Shown: in pieces, positions 52,792 to 62,845 of the stretch
Layout: each line of letters opens with the position of its first letter
Position numbering within the stretch: position 1 is the stretch's first letter
From: Squalus acanthias
Lineage: Eukaryota
Direction: 5' to 3'
Assembly: GCA_030390025.1 (NCBI GenBank)
Contig: CM059432.1
Coordinates: 51,276,001-51,340,000 of the forward strand
Length of the DNA: 64,000 nt
Translations under genes and position numbers: made by a program
The notes under the pieces: generated by a model
The model's database searches: none
What the model saw: the letters and a program-made list of their open reading frames with translations, nothing else
What the model was told of the DNA's origin: nothing

Positions 52792-54503
52792 AGTAAGAGC
52801 TTTTGAAACCAACCAACTACATGTGCACTGTCTTTGAAAACAGACAGAGATTACATGTTTGACTGTGCAGCTGGCCATTTGCCATGTTATTTCCAGTACC
52901 CCATGCAGGTATCCATTGTTCCTTATTTTGCTATCTGATTTCATGGCTACCTCTGTATGAGACTACTCTCGAAATGATTCAGTGTGGAAAACCCTTTATC
53001 AGCCCCAGCACAGGCCAAACTCAACAGAAGTTACAATTAGCATGAACATTGACCCAATGAGCAGAAATAAACCCACATCACGGTCCATGAAGAGCCCTCC
53101 ATTATGACAGAAACAATATTGACCACAAAAATGATGGCGGACTAAGCACGCTGCTCTATAAGCAATGAGGGCATGCGCAGTATCTATAATCGTGTGCCAT
53201 TACCTGGAGTCCTTGTGCTCCGGGATCCACTCCTGTGTCTATGACGGCAATGAAAACCACCCCTGCCATCGTACTTTGGGTACCGGGAGAGGAAAGACAC
53301 AGCACCGGCCTCTTCGGTAAATGAGTCATGGAGATGAGCAGCCATGACTCGACTAAAATGATTGGGCATATTCGAGTACGCAGTGCATTTTGGGTACAGG
53401 TGTCTACCAATTGAGCCCAGAAGCGTGGACCGGATCATTTTAAGATTGGGCCGGGGAGAATTGCTTTTGCGAAATGATAAATTGAATTAAGTATTACTGT
53501 GTGTTCCCTAGCTACAGCTTGAGTCCGTCTCTGACCCATGAGAAGTGAAAGTGACTAATGTGCAGCTCGAGTTCTGGCTCGTGTTCTATTTCTGTCTCGT
53601 CCAGCGGGCCGGATATGGCCCGTAGGTCGTATTTTGCCCACCACTGCTGATCATGCACCCTACGGTGGATGACTGATGCTATGTAGAGCATTTACATTTG
53701 ATGGGTTCTAAATGCAGAATTAGCTTTAGATGGAATGCAGCAAAATCATTTATTTTAGCAATCTGGATGAGTTTTGATCCTATTGCTATCTGCTATTGTT
53801 CCTTTCTCACAAAAAACAGCTAAGAGGAACAATGTGATAACAGCAGGACTAAAAGATCTCTCTGCAGCTAATTGCATGCCACATCTCACTAATGATGCAG
53901 AGGGTCAACTCTGGCATGGAGTAGGTCATGCTCATTGGGAATGAAATTGGTCTTGATGGGTATTGCAAAATGAAAAGAAATTAAAATCAGATGGCATGTT
54001 AAATGGAATGCCGATTTGCTAGTGCCCATTTTGTACTGCAGCCCAATACAAATTTCACCCCTATTAAGTCCAACGGTGTACATGTCTTTGTTTTACACTA
54101 AGTGCAGGATCAGAAAGTGTTTTCTCTATTGCCAGTCAAACATGGTTATAACATTGGTATCACCACAAAGATTTAGGCTTCATAACACACTGAAATTGCT
54201 GATAGTGACAACTAAGTCTGGATGTTCCTATAAATTCCAAGTCTTATACAGCTTTTAAACCCAATTACCTCAATTGGTTGTCCCAGTGTAGTTTAGCTGT
54301 TATTACCAAATCAAAGGGCTTAATAATTCTCACTTAAGAAAATTTGGTATTATAGCTGTGAATATTACAATGAATCTTTTTTAAATCAATTATTGAACTG
54401 GGCTTCTCAATACTTAAGAGAACAGTGTAAATTTAATGAAAGTGTGCTCTTAGTGTGGAGCGTCACTTGGCAGAGAACTAGAACTAGAACTTATAGAGTC
54501 ATT

Positions 54504-55334
54504 GGGCTGGATTTTCTCAATGGGAAGCTTTTGGAGGCAAGACTGCTGCTTGCCAGCTTTCAATCCCGCCTCCATCAGCTTCTGGCCAACCAGCGGGATT
54601 TTTCCCTGATTGACCTTGTTAAGCCCACCCAGCGGGCTCAGCAGGCCAATTAGGGGGAAGTCAGTGACAGAGCACGTCAACGTATGATGTGCCATCTGTC
54701 AAGATTTTTTGAAAGAAGAAATGTCAGCGTTTGACTACTCTGTGAAGCTGTCAAACACTGGCATTCTGTATAGTTTGATGAGACCTAGTGTTCAGGACTC
54801 ATCAAACCTTTCAACTTTGCAGAAATCACCTGGCTGTTGGTTCGGAGTCTGTGAAATTTACAATGGAGATGCCGGGACTCCGACTCCAGAGCGGCTGAAG
54901 GCTGTAGGCAGAAACAAAGGTAAGTGAACATTTTCAAACACCTTACACTCACCTTACATACTTACCACTCCACACTTGCACCCATCACTCACCTCTACAT
55001 CGCACTTTCAGACCCCTCCAACCCCCGCAGACCTCCTACTCGTCTCCTACACCCTGGCGGGGCTCCCCGAGGTCGGGAAGCCTGCACTTCGGATGGAAAA
55101 ATGGGGCTAATTCTATTTTCTGCCTGTTAACTACCTGTTAACAGGAGGTTAATAGGATTTAATCCCTTTCCTGCCTCGAGGAGATGGGACCCGGGGCAGG
55201 ACGGCTTCCCGCCTCCTGGCAAGAGGGCACGGAGGCGGGTTGGGGGCAGGCTTCCCACCCGTCCCCAAATTCTGCAACTTTACTGGTGGTCCCGCCTCCA
55301 TACTCACCTCCTCGGGGCTGACAAAATCCAGCCC
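54504..55334. mobile_element. Non-autonomous Harbinger-type element
   Basis: Perfect 12-bp TIRs GGGCTGGATTTT and AAAATCCAGCCC. Confidence 0.75.
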
Positions 55335-55336
55335 AT

Positions 55337-55570
55337 AGAGTCATAATGGCACAGAAGGAGGCCATTCAGCCCATCGAGTCTGTGCCGGCTCTCTGTAGAG
55401 CAATCCAGTCAGTCCCATTCCCCTGCTCGATCCCCGTAGCCCTGCATGTTTATTTCCCTCAAGTGCCTATCCAGTCTCCCCTTGAAAACATTGAGTGTCT
55501 CCGCTTCCACCACTTCCATCGGCAGCGAGTTCCAGATCCTCACCACATGCTGCATAAAAAAGTTTTTTTA
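55337..55570 (-). mobile_element. CR1 3' fragment adjoining the provirus
   Basis: GGCACAGAAGGAGGCCATTCAGCCCATCGAGTC and GGCAGCGAGTTCCAG (WNSLP on the minus strand). Confidence 0.7.
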
Positions 55571-55580
55571 CTTGCATTTA

Positions 55581-56509
55581 TGTTGCGGCTTTCACGACCT
55601 CATGACATCCTGTAAGATTTTCAATATTTGCAGATCCCCAAAAACATATATCGAAAGGAAAAAAATAAGGACTTTGGAAATTTAAAGGAAACGTGCCTGG
55701 TCTGGGAATTCAAAGACCAGCAAAACATTACCATTTGGACAATAGGCTCTGGGGAAAAACTGCCCCACCCAAAACACAGAGCCCATAGGAATGCTAGGAC
55801 CAGCAAGGAACCCAAAGCAGGAGAACAATGCAAGCTTCCATGGAACGACAACGCAACAGGATGTAAGCCATTTGATTTGATTTAGCATAGTTGAAAGCCC
55901 ATCAAAATTTCAACAAAGACAATGAACAGGCCTCACCTGAAACTCACTGCATTACGAAACCAGTTTTCGTGTGGAGTTTTTTTTGGGGGGGTGCGAAAAG
56001 GACTATAATTGCAACAGGACCCAAGATTTCTCTCTCTTTTCGACTCGACCGACTACGCTGGAAGCAAGGGTCTCTGGCAGCACTGCCCAGAAGCCACATG
56101 GTAAAGGAAGACGTTCGATGACCAGAATCACCATCGACTTACCTGGCTGGATTTTGGATTGTTAATACCCCTGTCTGGTGAGCATTATCCCTGATCTCCT
56201 GAAACCGAAACCTAGCTAGAAGTGGGATTTTTTGGGAGGGATAAAGGTTTTTATTTTTCTTGTATACTGTCATTTTCTTCGCCTGTAACCGTGTGCTCCC
56301 CAAACCTGTTTAAGTGTGAAGTGTGTTTAAGTTTGTTACCTTTTAACTTTAATAAAAGTTATAGTTCTTTCATTGGAACCTGTGGTCTACTGCATCTTTA
56401 TTCACAACCCCTAAATAAGTCCAAGTTTTGAACCTGGGGCGTGGGAGCGATTCGAACCGCTCACTGAGTCAGGGGAAAGGCTGACTCTTATCACAAAGAC
56501 ACCCCTACA
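55581..56509 (+). repeat. Putative 5' LTR (start uncertain: 55581 or 55611)
   Basis: TGTTGCGG...CCCCTACA imperfect inverted ends, TATAA at 56004, AATAAA at 56351, followed by the PBS. The second LTR is not visible. Confidence 0.65.
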
Positions 56510-56512
56510 AAA

Positions 56513-56530
56513 TGGCGACTGTGGCAAGGA
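56513..56530 (+). promoter_or_regulatory. Primer binding site, tRNA-Ser-like
   Basis: TGGCGACTGTGGCAAGGA, 3 nt after the LTR-terminal CA. TGGCG is complementary to a tRNA ...CGCCA-3' end, as in tRNA-Ser. Confidence 0.65.
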
Positions 56531-56583
56531 CTTGGCAAAAGGGTTGTGAAGCAGTAGACACTGATTCAGAAGAGAGAACTGTA

Positions 56584-58334
56584 ATGGAAGAGAGGATTTC
56601 AGATTATGTATTCAGCAAAGTGAATATGGAAAAGAAGTGGGTCACTAATTTATTAAAAACTGGGCACCCGGTAGATGCAGCAGCTAAATGGACAGAAGGG
56701 AAGGATCATAAAAAATCCTTAGAAAATGCAGTCTGGCTGATGTGCTTCAAGAAACAGATCCAACTTTTGGACAGACTCGTTGAAGCACAGGCAGCCGAGA
56801 TTCGGGAGTCGGCCCTGGAAGTCCAAACAAAGGCCCTAGCAGGGGAGAAGTTACTGTTAGCATTGCAGGCGCTAAACCAGGAAAGGGTGCAGTTAGTGGG
56901 GGAACACAAGACCCGACAGGATTACTTACAGTGCCAGGTCACTGAGGCCAAGAACAATGAGCTGAGGTTGCGGGAAAAGAATGCCCGCCTGGCAAAACAA
57001 GTAAGAGAGCAGGAGGAGACAGTAAAAGGCTTACAGGCAGCCTATAAGGTAATGAGCGCACAGGGGTTTGAGGATGCGGACCACAGCCCCTGCCAGAAGC
57101 AGATAGAGAGTCTCAGCCTTGCTCTAAGGAAGGCAAGAGGCGTGGTGTGCCTCATAAGCCCAAGTGCAGCCCAGGTCGACTTTACAGGGAACCTGGGGAG
57201 AACGGTTCAGACACCAAAGATAGCGCCAAGGGACGACCCGGTTGAGGAGCGGGAGGGCCCACGACCACCACCCATAGCGCCAAGCTTTAGCACAGTCTGG
57301 CAAGAAGAAGGGGTGGAGTTAGAGGCAGAAGCAGAGGTGGAAAAAACCCCGCAAGAGAGGCTGGGACCGGGGCCGATGTGCCCGGCCCGGCAGGACAGAT
57401 TTGGCCCACCCGCTGATAACGGGGATGCGGGACCCCTCCAAAGCCAGTTCGTGGCTCCCCACGGTACACAACAGCTTAGGGTTATGGTAAGCTACCTGAG
57501 TAAACTCACCCAACAAGGGGACCCCTCAGTTCACTTCATAGAAATAGAACAGGCAGCAAGCATTAACGGCTGTGACGATGCCGAGATGGCAAAAATGCTC
57601 CTGTTCTCACTGGACAGCCGGTTATATCAGTCTCTCTCTGCTGAGAGCAAGAGAGGACAGAATGGGTATGCGGCCATCACTGAGGAAGTTTTAGAGGCAA
57701 TGGGGATGAATGAGGGAAGTCCTTTCTCCTGGGTGGAGAAAACAGTGCAGCTAGCAGGAGAGACCCCACAGGCTTTTGCAGACAGGCTGTGGCCCGTGTA
57801 CAGGGGTGCTTGTGGTGGGGATCTTGACAGGGCTCACCTAAACCGGGACGAGCTGGCCCACTGGCTCCGTAGCCTAGTGGCAAACAGCTTGCCTCGGATC
57901 AAAACCCAGGCTGAGCTTTGGTTTGACCGAAAGACCCCTGGGGCACCGAAGAGGCAGTGGTCAGACAGCTGAACCTGGCCTACCGGAACGGGAGAGGGGC
58001 GGAAGAGCCCCCACAAAAAGGGAAAGTACATGAAATAAAACCCGGCCAGAGTAGGAATGAGTGGCATCAGGAGGGGAATAACCCTTCCAGCACAAAGCTT
58101 AACTGTTATGGGTGTGGGAAGGATGGTCACTGGAGGAAGGAGTGTAAGAATCCTTGGAAGGATAACAAGGGAAAGAATTCCTCAGCCCCAGCCCAAAAGA
58201 CAGAGACAGGGATCCCTCCCGCCACGGTCGAGTCATTTTTGGACGCCATGAGGTCCCTATTGACCGGCCCAGGGAAGGTAGCAGCAACCACCGGTGCCCT
58301 GATCCCATCAGCCCCAACTAACCTAAAATCCTGA
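56584..58334 (+). CDS. gag: Gag (N-terminal coiled coil, capsid-like region, CCHC knuckle), with one -1 frameshift near 57928
   Basis: ORFs 56512-57972 and 57957-58334 join as WFD(P)KDPWGTEEAVVRQL when one base is added. Knuckle CYGCGKDGHWRKEC. Confidence 0.8.
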
Positions 58335-61300
58335 CTGGAGCCAGCGCAGCCTGTTTACCTGTGTTCCCTTACCTACGACTTGTGGAAGAGACCCCTCGTG
58401 GAGATGGAGGTCGAAGATGTGAAGGGGACCTATCTGTTGGACACGGGAGCATCATGCACTGTGATCCATTCGGCTAACCCCACCACCTCAACTCTATCTA
58501 ACGGGGTCCCCCACAGTCTGTCGGGATTCACAGGTAAAGAACAGGCAGGCTCATTTTCCATCCCGCTGTCCATTCGCTTGGGAACACTCCGCTCTAAGTG
58601 GACCTGTGTCCTAATGAAGTGGGAGGTGGAGGGTGGAAAAGGGATCCTGGGAGCCGACTTTATTGTAGGCCACGGGATCCTAGTGGATTTACGGAATCAC
58701 TGCCTCTGGGGGGCAAATACAGGAAAGGAAGGCGGAGTAGTAGTCATCCCAGGGAAACAGGGGAAGGGGACCCTTTGCACCATGAAGCCTAAAGAGGGTT
58801 ACAACCTCGAGCTCATGGTCAGTAACACCCCAAAGGAGTTTCAAGCATTTGTGCGAGCCCACCTAGATACATTTGCTACACACAAGCATGACTGTGGGAG
58901 AGTCAACGGGTTTGAGGTCAGCGTAGACGGGGACCCCATGGCCCAACCACAGAAACAGTATAACTTCCCCAGGGAAGCAGAGCCAGACCTGGAAGTAGCC
59001 ATGTCCTCCTTAGTACAGCAGGGGGTCCTGAGGCCAATAGCCACCCACGTGAACTCTCCACTGTGGCCGGTTAGAAAACCGGACAACTCCTGGAGGGCCA
59101 CAGTGGACTATCGGGTGCTCAACAGTAACATCCCAGCCTGTGCACCCACGGTAGCAGCAGTTGCCGACCTGATAGGAAGTATCCCAGCATCCGCGACCAC
59201 TTTCACAGTGCTGGATATCTCCAACGGGTTTTGGTCCATTCCCCTAAGGAGAGAGGATCAGTACAAGTTTGCCTTTACCTTCAAAGGGCAACAGTACACG
59301 TGGAACTGTTTGCCTCAGGGCTTCCACAATAGCCCCAGCATTTTCCACCAATGCATGGCAAACAGTTTAAAGGGCTTCAGCCAGCCCAGGCAGCTGGTAC
59401 AATATGTGGATGACCTGCTCCTATTCACCGATTTGCGAGAGGAGCATGGCCCACTTCTAGCCGAGCTGCTGGAACTGCTCAGGCAGGAAGGTTTTAAAGT
59501 CAACCCAAAGAAAGCGCAGATCGGCCAGCAGGAGGTGAAATTCCTGGGCCTGACAATACGCGCTGGGGAAAGGGCCATGGATAAAGCTAGGAGGGAAGCA
59601 GTACAGGAGTTACCAGTCCCCAACACAGTCACGGGAGTAAGATCATTCCTGGGGCTAACCGGTTACTGCAGAGACTTCATTGAGGACTATGCAGCCACAG
59701 CAGCCCCTCTGCTCCGACACCTACACAAGGGAGTGGAGTGGGTTTGGGAAGAGGGCTGCCAGGCAGCATTTGTCAGGTTCAAGAAAGATCTGCAGACTGC
59801 ACCAGCTCTAGGGGCCATAGAGGGGGGAAAAGAGTTCTTCCTGGAGGTAGCAGCCAGCGGGGACAGCCTGAGTGCTGTGCTGCTCCAAGAGCGGCATGGC
59901 AAGTTGAGACCGGTGGTCTACTCCTCCAGGATACTCACAGATGTGGAGAGGAGCTACTCCAATTGTGAAAGGCACCTCTTGGCCACACATTGGGCTGTGA
60001 AAAGATCGTTGATCTTCACAGGCACCTCTCCCATCACCCTCCTTACCCATCACACGCCCACCCAAATGCTCTTGGATGGGAGAATCAAGGATGGGACAGT
60101 GAGCAGTGCCCGCATTGCTCGCTGGACCCTGCTTCTCTCACAGATGGACTTGAAAGTAAAAGGGCTCTGCGAGCCGCAGCTCGCAGCTAACCTGATATAT
60201 CCTGGAACAGCCCACCGGTGTTCCATAGAAGGGGTTTGGGAAGTAGACATAGGTTTACGGGCCGGGATACACCCCACAGGCCGTGAAATCTATGTGGATG
60301 GCTCCAGCACGGTATCTGCTGGCGAGCGACTTACAGGGTGTGGAGTTTATGACCCAGCAGCAGACCTTGCCCTGGCAATCAAGCTCCCCAGCACCATGAG
60401 CGCCCAGCAGGCTGAACTGTCCGCAGTAGTGTACGTGGTTACACACCCCGAGATCTTCCCCACCCTATACACGATTTGCTCGGACAGCATGTTCACATGC
60501 AATTCGTGTACGGAGTACCTGGCCATCTGGTCCCGCCGCGGATACACCTCCGCTGACGGGAGACCCCTCACAGTAAAACCCCTGCTGGAGAGAATCTTAG
60601 CTGCAGTGGGGGAGGAAGGGGAGATTTTCATCCATAAGGTGAAAGCCCATTCCTCCACAGAACCCCGTAGTGAGGGCAACCGGCAGGCAGACGTGCTGGC
60701 TAAAGAGGGTGCCCGCACAGGCACTTTCTGGGACCCATATGGAGCCAGTCCCATAGCAGCAGTCAGGGGTAGAAATGGGACACAAGGGAATGCAAGGGTA
60801 GCTTTAACCCCGGACCTTAAGACGGTTCAAACCCAAGACCCCGTCCTCAAGGCAGTCCTCAGGGCAGTGGCCGAAGGGAAAAGGATAGAGGGCCCTTATA
60901 GCACAGCAGCCCTCTCCGTAAAGGAAGGCATGCTGTTTAAGGGAGAGCAATGGGTAGTACCGCAGCAGCACCGAAGGGGAATTCCTCCAACTGGCCCATG
61001 AGGGTCCGGGAGCGGGGCATCCCGGGCCTGAGACCACCTGGCAGCGGGTGGAACAGGCAGGATGGTGGCCAGGACTAAGGGAAGATGTCCGCGAGTTCTG
61101 TGCCAGCTGTCTGGTGTGTGCTGCTAACAACCCTGACCCCCACAAAAGAAAGGTACCCATGGGACACATCAGGAGGGTAGAGGGACCATGGCAGTCGATC
61201 CAAGTCGACTACATCGGGCCCCTACCCACCACGCAGGGAGGCTATAAGTACTGCCTAGTCCTGGTGGATGTGTTTACAAAGTGGGTAGAAGCCTTCCCCT

Positions 61301-62598
61301 GCAGAACAGCCACAGCCCTTAGTACAGCCAGGGTCCTGGTCAGGGAGGTGTTCTCACGATGGGGGCTACCACAGTACGTGGAGTCCGACCAAAGGAGCCA
61401 CTTTACCGGGCAGGTCATGCGGAATACCCTCATGGTACTCGGCATAGAGGGGAAATGGCACATTACACACAATCCACAGTCCTCAGGGATTGTAGAGAGG
61501 ATGAATAGGACCTTGAAAGAAAGGCTGAGGAAAGAGACGGTGGACTCACCTAGAAAGTGGGCAGAGGTCCTACCATTGGTCCTAATGGGGATCCGAGCCA
61601 GCCAGTCAAAAAGCACGGGGTATTCCCCACACGAGCTGATGACTGGCAGAGTTATGCGGACCCCCACCCATGTACTAGCCCCGGTGCTCACAGAAGGTCA
61701 GCTCAGGGAGGTGAACCGGGACAAGTTCGCCGGGAACCTCTTCGAGAACCTTAAAAGGGTCCATGAGCAGGCGGCAGGGAACATGGGAAGGCAGCATCGG
61801 AGTAACCGATTGCTGTTAGAACCCCAGAAACGTCACGAGTGGGAAATAGGGGATCAGGTGATGGTGAGGAATTTTGCTCGGGTAGGCAGTCTAGAACCAT
61901 TATACATGGGGCCCTACAGCATTGTAGATAAGGCAAGCCCCATGGTATACGCCATAAAATTGCCTCGGCGCACCAAATGGTTCCACATAAACCAATGTAA
62001 ATTGTTTAAATCCGAGAGAAGGGGACAGCCAGTTGAGCCAAGGTCTGAGGATAGAAATCTCCAGCCTGCAGCCAGCGAGATTTCACAGAATGCACAAGCA
62101 GGGGCGGTGGCCTGTCTTAGGGGAGGGGCCACCCCACCCACTGTTTGGGACATTCCCCCAATCCTCTGGGATTTAGAGGAGGAGGAGCCCGAACCAGATA
62201 GCCCCGCCTCCGAACCAGGTGTTGAACCAGCACCAGGCTGCGAAGAGTCACCTGACCCTGAAACAGGTTTAGGAGAGGTACAGCCTGAGGATAGAAATCC
62301 CCAGCCAGTGGCAGTGGAAGATTCACAGACCACACAACAGGGGGCAGTGGCTCGTGTTAAAGACCCACCAGCCAGAAAACCCCCACCAGCCAGAGCCCCT
62401 AGAAGATCCCCACGTACGCCACAGCCAAAGAAACCGTGGTCACCGGCTCCCCAATTTAAAAGGGCCGCCCCTCAAGCCAGGGGCCGATCTGAGGACAGAG
62501 GTTCCCGGCCAGCAGCCATAGGCTGCAAGGGACCAAAGGTACAGGACAGGGCGGCCACACCAAAGGGAGTAGGGTGCTGCAGTCCTGACAGGAGTTAG
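58335..62598 (+). CDS. pol: Pol: protease, RT, degenerate RNase H (tether), RNase H, integrase; one frameshift at the GGGG at about 60976-60979
   Basis: LLDTGAS; LPQGF and YVDD; IYVDGS...AQQAEL...SDS...KVKAH...GNRQAD; H-H-C-C; DYIGP...SDQ...VERMNRTLK; GPY motif. Confidence 0.9.
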
Positions 62599-62811
62599 GC
62601 TAGCCGTCCGGAGACGGGCGGCGAATGTACATAGCTTTTGTTTATTAAATTTTGAGATTGTTAAGTTTGGGTGTTTTTAGTTACATTTTAAGTAAGGTGG
62701 TTGGTAGTTTTAAAATGTTATAATTTCAAGAGTGTTTTGTATTGAGTCGAGGTCGCAAGACCCGACTATGCTTCACCCAAGCCAGAGAATCTACTCGGGA
62801 CCTGGCTATAT

Positions 62812-62831
62812 GCTCTTGTGTCTCCTTACAG
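62812..62831 (+). promoter_or_regulatory. Putative env splice acceptor
   Basis: GCTCTTGTGTCTCCTTACAG, ending 15 nt upstream of the env ATG at 62846. Confidence 0.6.
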
Positions 62832-62845
62832 AAGGGATTGTCGAT

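Noticed and set aside
57920..57975. Programmed -1 frameshift inside gag
   Set aside because: No X XXY YYZ slippery site. A one-base deletion explains it more simply.
62732..62845. N-terminal 38 aa of the env ORF
   Set aside because: They lie upstream of the signal-peptide ATG at 62846 and span the splice acceptor, so they are probably untranslated.
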